A DNA stretch of 64,000 nucleotides from Azolla caroliniana (Eukaryota > Plantae > Polypodiophyta), in the NCBI GenBank assembly GCA_043228905.1, contig JBHGNT010000016.1, positions 3,348,001-3,412,000 on the forward strand. Reading direction: 5' to 3'. Under the pieces are notes generated by a model. It did no database searches. It was not told where the DNA came from and saw only the letters and a list, made by a program, of their open reading frames with translations. Shown piece after piece: positions 11,692 to 23,500 of this stretch (the stretch's first letter is position 1; each line of letters begins with the position of its first letter). The position numbers were made by a program, and so were the translations under genes.

Positions 11692-12783
11692 CTTTTTCTT
11701 TTTGTTAAAGGATTTTCTTCAATAGTATTAAGAAAAAATGCCCAAAGGCTATACAACTTGAACCTCTTAACCAAATGGTTATTGTATAAGCATCGCTTCT
11801 AAATCAATAGAAGCATGCATAACGCAACATTTTTTTCTTTCATCGTGATAAAGCAACATGCATTAGTATAAAATTCACACGATGTGTAACTAATATGCCC
11901 TTAGAAATGTAGTATGAAGTATGAACCTTACATGCTTCTAGAGGAATATCATCACTGAAAAAAGAAAGGAAAATATAAATTTCCTATTTTCCAGATTCAT
12001 AAATGATGATCGATGAAAGTTCCCCTTAGGGAAATTTAATATGTTCTAAAATCTTTCTTGCCAATGCCTATTAGAGTCATAGTTAAACGTGCAATGGATG
12101 TATGACATTTACATTTCATAAAATAATTCATAGATGGCCAAAAATTGATCCAGCCTAAACCACCCCCCAATGGGACGGAGCATCTTCTATGAAATCATAG
12201 ATGGTCAAATTCATACACGGCTAAATATGCTAGTACTCCTTATTTATTGTTGTTTGGACTATTGCTGTTTCTCAACATTTAGGACCATAAATCCCAAAAG
12301 ATGATGGATTTAAGACGAAGAAATCTAAGTTTAATTTTGTCATGTTTCTTTTCAAGACAAAATGTTGGACTTTAGAATGTTCCTACGAAATTAATGATTG
12401 GGTAGACATATCATCCAACTTGAAATCGGCTAACCGATCTTAGATTTGTTGGGCACGATGGGGCATCACACTCTAGAGGAAGGGAAACCTAACATTATAT
12501 ACGTCAGCGATTGATGAGCAACAAAAAACACGTAATTGTTAACTCCTTCAAAACTTTGGCTTGATTGGCAACCAGGGCTAGAGTTGAATTCCACCGTCTA
12601 CACCTCACAAGCAAAAACCGTCCACCACCCAATTTCATGCTTTAAAACTTAAGTCATGAAAGCCCCATAGATTTCGAGCTTTCTTCAATTTAATTTATGT
12701 TCTTCTTCATCTTAACTCCTAGATGCTTGGCTTAGTTAAGAGTGAATCCATGATCGGAAAAGTCTCACTTGTTGCAAGGCCAA

Positions 12784-12819
<36 letters not shown>

Positions 12820-13062
12820 AAAGAACGGGTTTCGACGCGAGCGAGTTGCCAAGGGATATTACGGACAAATAAAAATAAAATAAAAGAATCCTGGAATGTT
12901 TGTGTAAGTGTGAATGCCACTTTGTTGTTGTTCCTTTATGCCATTGTGAATGAAGAAGGCCCATGGGAAGTTGACTATTATGTCACCTGATCAGCAGCTT
13001 TTTAACTCTTTCTTCTTCATCTTGGCTGGCAAACCACATTCCTTGCATTCACCATTTCTCCT

Positions 13063-13087
13063 ATGCTCCTTCTGACTATGGCTATGG

Positions 13088-13121
<34 letters not shown>

Positions 13122-15288
13122 CATCATCCTCATCTTCGTGGTTTTGTGGGCAATCTCTGGTCTCGATGTATCATCTTCTTCTTCAGCACATCAAAATAAT
13201 GTCCAATTCGATTTCAATGGTTTCCTTCTCACCGATGTCGCCTACTTCAACTTCACCCAGTACTCCAACATACAATTCACTGCGTTGCAGGTGACGTTTG
13301 ACACCGGGTCTCATGATATTACCATCCTCAATGCGTCCGGCCAAATCACATATACCACCCCCCTCCGTCTCTGGGATACCGAATACAACTACACCGCATC
13401 CTTCAACACCTCCTTCTTCATAACCATGGGACCAAACCTAGATGGCGGAACGAACATCTCCGGTGGTGGAATGGCCTTCATATTGAGCTCGCATCCTGCA
13501 CAGGATGTGCCCAATAGCTATGGGGCAGGGCTCGGCCTCATCGATCCTTCAAGACCCTCGCCCACCAATGATTCTCACTTTGTGGCTATCGAATTTGACA
13601 CCTTTTATGACCCCGGCATCGACCCCCACAATGCAAACCATGTCGGCATTGATGTCGACACTGTCAAGTCCGTGGTCACCCAAGACCTCGATGCATATAA
13701 CATCACTTTGAATCAGAATCTCTTCAATATGGGAACCAACACTTGCGTTTGGATCGATTATGATGGCCATGCCAAGGCCTTCACCATTTTCCTTGCTAAC
13801 CAGGTCTCGGACAGCACGGTCCCAAAACCTGAGGTTCCTGTCATTTCTCAATATCACTTAGAACTCGACCGGATTCTTCCAGCTGATGTCTACTTTGGCT
13901 TCTCTGCATCCACAGGCACCATCAGAGAGACCCACTGTATCCTACAATGGCAATTCAACTCCACTAGCTTCCCCAAGAAAAATAACAAAATCCTAATCAT
14001 ATGCCTCTCTGTAGGCTTATCCATAGCTCTTCTTCTCATAGCTTCCATGGTGACGCTCTGCATTATCAAACAGAGGAAAGTGCAATCAGATCTACTTAAG
14101 CATTTAGGAGATCTAAACTATGGTCCCAGGAGATTCTCTTACAAGGAGCTGAAGAAGGCCACAGGAGGGTTCAGCGAAGAGAACAAGCTTGGGGAAGGAG
14201 GATTTGGCTCGGTGTACAGGGGGAGGCTAGCCTCCATCAACACAGAGATAGCAGTGAAGTGCCTGTCGTCCAAATCCGCACAAGGCGAGAGGGAGTTCAA
14301 AGCAGAGATACGAAGTATGGGGAGGATGAGACACAAGAACCTGGTCAAGCTCCTTGGGTGGAGCTATGACAACTGGAACAGAAAGCTCCTCTTGGTCTAT
14401 GAGTTCATGCCCAACGGAAGCTTAGACAGATGGCTGTCTACAGGAAGCAGACATTCTCAACATAGCTCCACACATCCAAATTCTTTGAGTTGGGAGAGAA
14501 GATACAACGTGTTGCGAGGGGTGGCGGCAGGCCTTCACTACCTCCACGAAGAATGGGAGATGGTGGTCATACACAGAGATCTGAAGCCAAGCAACGTGAT
14601 GCTGGATGCATATTTCAATGCGAGATTAGGCGATTTCGGCCTAGCCAAACTCATCAGAAACCATAACCGTAACCCTAACCCTGATGGAGATGAACCGACT
14701 ACTCAGATGTTTTCGATTGCTGGGACTTTAGGTTATATAGCACCAGAGTGTTTGGAGGCAGGATCGATAACAAAGGAGTGCGATGTGTACAGTTTCGGAG
14801 CCGTGGCTATGGAGGTTGTAACAAGAACAAAACTTTCTGCTCAGAATTTGCATCGGCTTTGGAAGATCAAGGAAGGGGGTGGTATCATTCTGAATAGTGA
14901 GTTTGCAGAGGAGAACGGAATCTGCTACAGCTCCCATGGAAGCTTGGAGAGGGAGCAGATGGAGATGGTGCTGGAGATGAGCTTGGCTTGCTGCCATCCT
15001 GATCCTTCCTGTAGACCGACTGTGCTTCAGATCGTCCATGCCCTTTCTTCTGCTAAGGCTGGTGATGGTGATGGTGATGGTGATGGTGATGGTGATGGCG
15101 ATGGCGATGGAGACCCTAACTTCTCCACCACCGTGAACTCGGAACATATTCGTCGTTATAACAGTGTGTCTGCATCTAAGAATTTCTCGTTTCCTGCATC
15201 TGCTACCACTGAGACACCATCGTCTGCTTCTTCAATTCCTGCGGACATGGAGTCTTCCATGTCGGAGCCATCGCTGACAGGAAGGTGA
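13063..15288 (+). CDS. L-type (legume) lectin receptor-like Ser/Thr kinase (LecRK), single exon, 741 aa
   Basis: Signal peptide. Legume-lectin motifs (ASFNTSF, GGGMAF, HFVAIEFDT, NHVGIDV, VWIDYDG, YFGFSASTG, HCILQWQF). TM helix ILIICLSVGLSIALLLIASMVTLCII. GPRRFSYKEL, GEGGFGSVY, AVK, HRDLKPSN, DFG, GTLGYIAPE, DVYSFG: an intact RD kinase. Confidence 0.97.
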
Positions 15289-15384
15289 GCAGAAGAAGAG
15301 GTCGTTTTGGGCCATGGAATGAACGAATGCTTGATTTTGCAGTATTCTTCAGGGAGGGGCATTTCTGTAATTTTGGAAACCTGC

Positions 15385-15657
15385 ACATACACATATACAT
15401 GTACACATATACATATACTGTTATACATATACATACCCATACACATACACATGCACATACTGCATACTCACTACACATACACATACACATACACCATCCT
15501 CATGAGATACACATACACGTACACCATACTCAATACACATACAAATGCACATACACCATACTCTATACACATACTCATGCACATGCACATACATACATAT
15601 GTATATGTAAGTGTGTGCCATACACATACATATGTATGTACATGTGATACATACATA
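15385..15657. repeat. (CATA/CACATA)n low-complexity microsatellite downstream of LecRK
   Basis: Degenerate ACAT/ACAC repeats; these explain the H/T/Y- and M/C/V-rich spurious ORFs here. Confidence 0.85.
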
Positions 15658-16950
15658 GTGATTAGGGTTGGGTCATGATAGTGGATGGCCATGTCATATA
15701 TGCTTTGTGAAAAAGGGTTGCATGTGTAAGTCATGGTTTGTGTTTCTGTGGAAGAAGAAGAGCCATATGATGTGAGAGGGATATCGAGAGAGGTCGACTA
15801 GATACCAAATGTAGCAATTGGACCTCCTCCACATCTGATTTACATTACTTGCGTCAATGAGGAAAGATTCCTTTGTAGAAACTCGCCGAACGATCTCAAG
15901 TGCATCGCCATATCTCGACATAATTATCTGCATTTGAGAGAGTTATGTTGGCATCTTTACAAGGAATTTTTCAATATACAACCCTAAAACGCCATTAAAA
16001 GGATCTCATGTGAATAAGAAACAAGATTACCATATTCTTATGCAGTGCCAACATTCTCCCTTTTGTATTCTTTCTCACTTTAACCATTTAACTGAAACTC
16101 GAACAAAAAACCTTATCCACCTAGGAAGTTGCTTCAAATTACCTAAACATAAGTTGCAAATTACGAAAAATGTTTGAATAATGACATCGTTGAAAATACT
16201 TGTCCATCTAGATTTACAAGCACCTTGATTGTGACAAATGCATTAGTAACTCTTTACATTGCATTGCGCCTTTACATACAATTTTGTTGATTTTCAAACC
16301 AAGGGTTGAATTACTAATAGAACCAATGAGCCATCATGAGATAGTAGTTATGGTAATATTTATTGCGATTACTAGGTCATAGTTATGATCCTCCTGTCTC
16401 ACGTTTATGACAAGCAAAAAGGTATGACCAAAATCGACGAGGTAAATGACATGCTTTAATCGTCAATTACCAACGCATAAGTTGCAAATGCCTATCCTTA
16501 TGCTATGATCAACCATGTTATATGATAAGATAAAGAGCACGGGTCTCTAGGCCTTCACCACTATATGTAAAAAGGTGATAACACGTGTGTTTGCAACATG
16601 TTTTTAAAACCTCATTCTACCAATTGTTGTTGTGTTATTTTTGAGATCCTTTCGTAAAAAAAATGATGAATAAAAATACCCTTTCTGTAGTAAAAACACC
16701 AATACATTGTGAAATGCACATAAGAGATCAAAACCAGCCTGGTTAGCGTCTTACTTCTTACTCAATTTATAGTTGATACAAAGGTACCCATTTGGGTTGG
16801 CTTAGTTAAAAAGGGTGTGCTAAACGGGTGGGTCGGCTTAGGTACATGCATCCTTACAAGGGTGTGCTAAAAGGGTGGCACAAAGGAACACATGCACACC
16901 ACATTTCCCTCGAGAGAGAAACAAGAGACTATGGAGCAGGAACAGGAGTA

Positions 16951-18124
16951 CAATAGACATTCGGTTAAGTGCGCACTTTTGAACGCAAGTGAAAGGTGTG
17001 CACTTAACCAAGCTGCGCATTTAGGGCTTTTTTAGTATTAAAAAAAAAATCCCAATTTTTTCTTTCCTGTTCTAATTTTGAGAAAGCTCAACCTCAACAG
17101 CCATCATTGAGGCCCTCCTTGCTGCTATACTCCTCCCACGCTGCTGCAATCCATCTCACTCACCACGTTTCTTTCTTATGTCTATTTTTTGGTGTCTATG
17201 CTATGAATACGAGAGAAAGAAGAGAAGGGAGGTCTTGTGCATAGTTTAGATGGCCCGATTCTCTACATATTTTAGATGGTAATTGTTTAGAGATTGTGCG
17301 TGATGTCGTTAGTTTGAATTGTGGCATGTGGTTTAGGAGAAACGATCCATGTACTTAGTTGAGATAGTGCTACAAAAATACCTAAGAGTAGGGAGCTATC
17401 AATCGATTAATAGTTTTTCTTTTATGTGAGTCCACATAACGAGCTATTAATCGATTAATAGCTTTCCCTTTATGTGAGTTCACATAATGAGCTATTGATC
17501 AATTAATAGTTTTCCCCTAATGTGAGTCCACATAATGAGCTATTAATTGATTAATAGCTTTCCCCTAATGTGAATCCACATAATGAGCTATTAATCGATT
17601 AATAGCTTTCCCCTAATGTAAGTCCACATAATGAGCTATTAATTGATTAATAGTCTTTCCTTTATGTGAGCTCACATAATGAACTATTAATCGATTAATG
17701 GCTTTCCCTAATATAAGTCCACATAATGAGCTATTAATCGATTAATAGTTTTTCCTTTATGTGAGCTCACATAATGAGTGATTAATTGATTAATAGCTTT
17801 CCCCTAATATGGGTCCACATAATGAGCTATTAATTGATTAACCAATCGATAGTTTTCGCTTCATTGACCCTCACCCAAATTATGCAATGGTAGGAATGCA
17901 AGATCTAAGTTCAATTTATTTTGTGGTTCACAACATCAATTTTATTGAATGTTGATCATTTTGTTGTTTTTTGAATGTTTAGAATATAGTTTCAATTTGG
18001 TTGTAAGTAATTTCATCATGAAACAATGAAATTTTTATGATCTCGATTTTGACATCTATAAAAAAAAGTGCAATTAATAGATTGACGCATTTAAGCGGGC
18101 ACACACTTAACCGAATGTCTACGT
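16951..18124. mobile_element. Non-autonomous TIR element (MITE-like, pogo/Tc1-mariner-type ends) nested in the Gypsy element
   Basis: Perfect 18-bp inverted repeat TAGACATTCGGTTAAGTG (16954-16971) / CACTTAACCGAATGTCTA (18104-18121). The left end TA-CAATAGAC resembles pogo-type TA-CAGT termini; the outermost right bases are degenerate. Confidence 0.75.
17393..17841. repeat. Tandem array, ~9.4 copies of a 48-bp unit built from two palindromes
   Basis: Units start at 17393, 17441, 17489, 17537, 17585, 17633, 17681 (47 bp), 17728, 17776 and 17824 (partial). Consensus GAGCTATTAATCGATTAATAGCTTTCCCYTWATGTGAGTCCACATAAT. Confidence 0.95.
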
Positions 18125-18219
18125 GGCTTGTCAAGGGGGGGGGGGAGAGCATCTATTGCAGATAGAGCTCCCAAGTAGTCCATGGTGGCAGGTTTTGAAT
18201 GGACATCAATGGACGATTC

Positions 18220-18510
18220 TGGTGGGAGGCGATAGTTACACCAATAGAGTGCTCAAAAAGGGTTGATCCATGTCAATGCTTGTATGGACGTATTGTAGAC
18301 GTGGGTGACGAAAGGAAGGATTTGATCCCAGGTTTTGTGGCATGGGTCAATGTAAGCAGCAATCCCCTTTTTTAGGGTCTTGTTGAGGCGTCCGGTAAGG
18401 CCATTTGTCTGAGGATTGTATGGGGACGTAAACATCTGTTGGACACTGAGTTGAGCTGCAACGGCATTGAGGACATTCCCTGGAATTCCCGGCCTTGATA
18501 GTTGGACGGG
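18220..18510 (-). pseudogene. Gypsy integrase core (rve) remnant
   Basis: Minus strand ..QGREFQGNVLNAVAAQLSVQQMFTSPYNPQTNGLTGRLNKTLK..WDQILPFVTHVYNTSIQ..NPF matches the canonical Gypsy IN pattern SDQGxEF...YHPQTNGxxERxN...W...YN. Confidence 0.85.
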
Positions 18511-19272
18511 GCTAGTGACGAAAAACGAGTTAGCAATCAGCGGATAAAGATCAATCCCTCTTGTGGATTGAGGGCCACCTAGCCTTGGCTGAGGTGGGGG
18601 ACAAGAGGGCTATCATGTAGAAGGGGGATCGGAGAAACTCATGGGACAAGAAGTTAGTGGCAACCTAAGGTGAGGGGGAAGAGGTGGATACATGGATGTG
18701 GGGGACTGGTACCCCGCATCTCCACCAATATGTGAAATGCACATAAGATATCAAAACCAACCTAGTTCGCTTCTTACTTTACTCAATTTATAGTAGATAC
18801 AAAGGTACCCATTTGGGTTAGCTTAGTTAAAAAGGGTGTGCTAAACGGGTGGATCGGCTTAGGTACATGCATCCTAAAAAGTGTGTGCTAAAAGGGTGGC
18901 ACAAAGGAACACATGCACACCACAATATATATTTTATAGAAATTCATTTTAAGAGTTATCACATTCATGCATGATTCATAAATTGTATGACCCACAAACT
19001 CACGAATACTATTACAAATAAAAAATACTAATATTAAGAAAAGAATGGTTTAAGGGTGGTTAACCACACCAAATACCCATGAGCCAAGGAGAAAAGATGA
19101 AAATACATTTTAGTGTCCCATACCAATGACCATCATATAAATATAGACATATACACACACAAGAAGAGACAACCACATCTTAATATAGACACATACACAT
19201 AGACACACAAGCAAGGGTTTTTTGTGTCTTGTATTGTTTTAATATGAAACATTTTACAAAAAGAAGAGACAA

Positions 19273-19464
19273 ACATCGACACATGCACATACATGCCCAC
19301 AAACATAAATATATGCACACCCACATAAATGCACATCGACACATGCACATACATGCCCACAAACATAAATATATGCACACCCACATGAATGCACATCGAC
19401 ACATGCACATACATGCCCACAAACATAAATATATGCACACCCACATGAATGCACATAGACACAT
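19273..19464. repeat. 60-bp tandem repeat, ~3.2 copies
   Basis: ACATCGACACATGCACATACATGCCCACAAACATAAATATATGCACACCCACATRAATGC repeated almost perfectly. Confidence 0.92.
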
Positions 19465-20597
19465 ACGTGCAAAAAAATAAAAGCACCGTAGTTGATGGCA
19501 AGGTTGATGAGGATGTTGGAGACTTTCCCTCTCTTCCTCGGACATACCCCCCAATGCATGTGTAGGCTAGGTTTGGTTAGTATAGAGATTTTGTGAGATT
19601 ATGTTTTAAACACATCATGACAACGTACTTCGTATGTATGTGTATAGTGTAGTGTAGGTATGTATGTATGTATCTTGCATATATTGGCATGTCTATGTAT
19701 GCATGTATGCAATGTAAATAAATGTGTATATACGCCACATGTGTATTTGTATATTGTAATGAATGATCATATTTTTGTGTTTCGCATATATGTAGTTGAA
19801 ACTCTTATCACCATAAAAAGCTAATGTTTTGTTTTGTGATATATGGTCCATTGGGGCTCTGTTGTGCTATGTATGATATTTCCAATCTCTATTTTGGAAG
19901 ATTTGAGGACATATGATGACATACTACTGAAGACTGCATTTTAGAATGGGAGGATTAGACTCATAATGTATTATGTCTGTGCTGCTGATGATGAATTCAA
20001 TATAGGGGGGATGTTCTCGTCGATGTCTATAATTAAATATATCACTCGAATACTTAACCATGATGTCTCCCCTTAATAGTTCACTGGAAATATGATTCAG
20101 TTAATGCATTATTGTTTTCTAGGTCTAATGAGACCTTTTGCTGTTGTTTTCTACGTTTGATGAGACCTGTGCAAGGATATGGCATACCCTACTGGGAACT
20201 TCTGAGGTGATTCTAGTAGTAGCAATTGATTGTATATGGATATTGTCCCTCATGTTGTGCCTTGTCCTTTGCAACTAATAATGATCAATTGGATCCACAG
20301 AAAATCAACCTCATAAGAGATGTTGCACAGCTAATTATGCTATATTTACCTCTTTGGATTGGTGTCAAACCCTCTGTGTAGGATGTTCAAAGTTCAGGGT
20401 TTCAGATTTTACTATATCACAACTGACTTAAAGAACAAAAGAAGACCTCAAAATCTTCTGGGAAATAAAATGAATAATTCTATTAAAAAAATCAGTTATT
20501 GGCTATTTTACAACTGATCTGTGTTCAGTTCATGTAGATTTTGTAACAATCGCACAAGAAGAATCATCAGTATTCTCTTTATACATACGGGTGATTA

Positions 20598-23500
20598 TCA
20601 TTCATCATTGGAACTGGAAGCATCTCTCATATTTAATGCATGTTGCATAGCCCATATTGCAAGTGGCCGCATATAAGCCAAAGACCTGAAGTGACCATTC
20701 ACTGTCCATCCTTCTGGAGTCTGAAACCAATATCTGTCAATTAAATAAACACACTTAACAAAATTATATAAGAGCATGTTAGGCATTAACGAAAATCTAT
20801 AGCTACAAATAGGAATTGGCAACAGTTCAGTTTCAGCTTAACTGAATTGGCCTTGTCCAAACCAAACCGATTAAGCCTTTTTCGCCTTATCCAAACCAAA
20901 CCAGTTAAGCCTTGACCAGGTTGACAGTTCTCAAACTTGAACTGAACTAGTTCCTAAACTTGTTAAGGTTTAACTGGTTTGGTCAAACCGGTTTGTCTAA
21001 ACCGTTTAAGGCTTAACCGGTTTGGCGGTTCATTCTGTTCACCTTGAGCCTTGCCAAACTGAGCTCAAAACCAGTTAACGCGGCTCAAGCCTGAACCGAA
21101 CCGCCAAACCGTTTATAAAAGTTTTAACGGTTTAGTTTAGGCTTGAGCCAAACCATTGCCCATTCCTATCTACAAAGTAAAAACTGATGAAGGTTTACCC
21201 AAATCCCTCCTCAGACCAGCCAGTACAAAAAATCCCTTCAGCCGTATGGAAAGCTTCTTCTACCATCCCGGCATGTATCATTGTAGCAGCAAGTGCATAG
21301 GTGACACCGGTCCAGATCTCTCTAGATTGCATACACGTCTCATCAACTTTACCATTTGGATGCATCCCATTTACAGCTCCTAGCTTTCCTTCCTTCACCT
21401 TCATCACGTTGAATTCATATATCTTTTTTAGAATAGTCTTTATCTTCTCCTCCTCAAACAGAGGAGGCAAGCCAGATGCAAACATATACAGTTGTCCTGC
21501 CAGTTGATCTGCCTGTATGGAATTACTGTTGCTACTGGTTCCACTATCATAATTGAAATATGAACCATTCCATAGTTTCTTCTCATATACATCCCTAGCT
21601 TGCAAGAACTTGGACCTAAAGCTTTCAATAAGAGTGTCCTGATTCAGCTTTTCTGCCATAGCTGCCGCTGCTTGGAGGGCTCCGAGCCAAAGCCCACCAC
21701 AGTATGCACTGATACCATGAACAGTCCATGCATCATAAGTTTGGTCAGCAAAACCATCATTTTCAATAAGTCCATCCCTATCTTTGTCAAATTTGTCCAT
21801 ATAAGCCATAGCGGTAAAAACAGCTGGTAATGTCTTTTCAGCAAATATTAAATCTTGAGTTGCTACAAAATCTCTGTAAACCTGAAGCACAAACTTGCAG
21901 TTGAGATCTTTCCACTTGCTGGTGTCATGAATGTTGTAAGCATTTACCTCAAACCAGGGATCATGCATTCCAAGGTCATGAGGTACTGCACCAAGGACCT
22001 TTCTGATACCCCAATCAGCTTCTGTAAGAAACTTGGTCTTTTCTGGGTTGTGTGTCATTGTAGCATCAGCAATTTGCTGTTGGATGGAGAGCTCCAGCTT
22101 TGGGAACAACTCAAGAAGTGCAAATGATGCATAGAAGTGGACATCATAAGTACACCACATCACATATTCCAAGCCTTCCAAATATAAGAAACGCCCTACA
22201 TTATCGACATCTTCATATTCCTCATTATCTGGATTATGCCCATCATATTCTGGTGGGATTGCAACATCTTCTATCATTATTTTTAAGGATGTTTGCTTAA
22301 ACTCAACCACATTATCAGACACCTGACTTTGTGTTGATATGTTCTGAAAGGCTATGGTTTCAATTCCCATGGTCTCTTTATATTCAACAATATCACCAGA
22401 AGTTTCATCTCGATTCATTTCATTGCTGCAAACAGCACTATTCTGGTTTAATATTTGAGAGGACTCAACGTCTGGTTTTCCTGAGTTCAATCCTGTTTCC
22501 AAGTCATTGGTATCAACCTGATGTTTTTTATCATTCAGTTGTGATTCACCAACTTTTTCTACCATGTCTAGCTGAGTTTTGTCGTCACATTCCTGTAAAG
22601 AATTCTGCTTTGATGGATGAGTTTCCAAATCTTCTGTTTCGCCAGTGATCAAACTGGGTTCAATGTCTCTCTGACCATCAGTACCCATGATCGTATTTTC
22701 TTCAGAATATACCATGGCAGAAGTTCTAGTCCAACCATCTGAATCAGTTCTAGCTTCAGTATTTTCTACGAGAATTTTCTGACCAAGAGACTCTCCCTTC
22801 AAATTTGCCGCCTCACTCTCTAACATGAAATTCAACGTCATGAAATCAATCATCTACACTGGGTATATTATCTGGTCTTTGTTCATTCCTTAGAACTTAC
22901 CTGTCCACACTGTGCCTCCAGCAACTAGAAAATACAATTCATTGAAAAGAGTGAAACGATACCTGAAACACATAAACTATCAAGTTCTAAACACCATTAC
23001 AATATTCAATCCAGTCTTGTATTCAAGTGTCTTCTTACCATTCAGGCAGATTTACATCTTCCAAAATCGGTTTCTGCCATCTTGCAATTGCTGACTCCCA
23101 TCTAGGAAATTCTGTACAGATAGAATCAAATAGGAACAGGAAATTTTAAATGTAAGCTTTACTAGATAGCATAGTTTGTGTCAGTTAATGTACAGGATGC
23201 TCTGTTAATTTTAAACTTTTTACACACATTGGAGGATGGATTCATAATTTGACCTCTGAAGACAATAATAAAATTTATGTATTTATTTATCTATCTATCT
23301 ATCTATTATGGACATTAATCTATTGCATATTCCGCAATCTGATAGGAAAGCTGTAGACCTCTTCAAATTAATTAGAGATTGAGGTAGGCAAATATGCATG
23401 CAGACCTTTGGAAGAAAAAATCTGCCAATTGTGTCATCAGGGAGTGGAATCTGAAAAATAGTATGTTTTGCCACTATAATGTTTCTAATGAAATAAGAGG

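Larger units (their letters stand above)
16708..18924 (-). mobile_element. Small non-autonomous Ty3/Gypsy LTR element with tRNA-Ala PBS
   Basis: ~195-bp LTRs TGTGAAATG...CACCACA at 16708-16903 and 18731-18924. PBS: 18710-18727 (TACCCCGCATCTCCACCA on +) equals the 3' end of plant tRNA-Ala including CCA, 3 nt from the LTR. Integrase remnant inside. Flanks ACAT / ATAT may be a 4-bp TSD with one transition. Confidence 0.85.

Noticed and set aside
14659-14683. TAACCC telomere-like hexamers
   Set aside because: Only two perfect units, in frame within a coding exon; not an interstitial telomere.
15156-15734. Multiple overlapping H/T/Y- or M/C/V-rich ORFs (also 19133-19559, 40033-40307, 1961-2215)
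   Set aside because: Translations of microsatellites and tandem repeats.
17393-17841. CRISPR-like appearance of palindromic repeats at regular spacing
   Set aside because: The intervening segments are copies of each other rather than unique spacers, there are no cas genes, and the context is a eukaryotic TE.
21195-22853. 552-aa ORF as a stand-alone gene
   Set aside because: It is exon 17 of GBA2 plus a few intronic codons.
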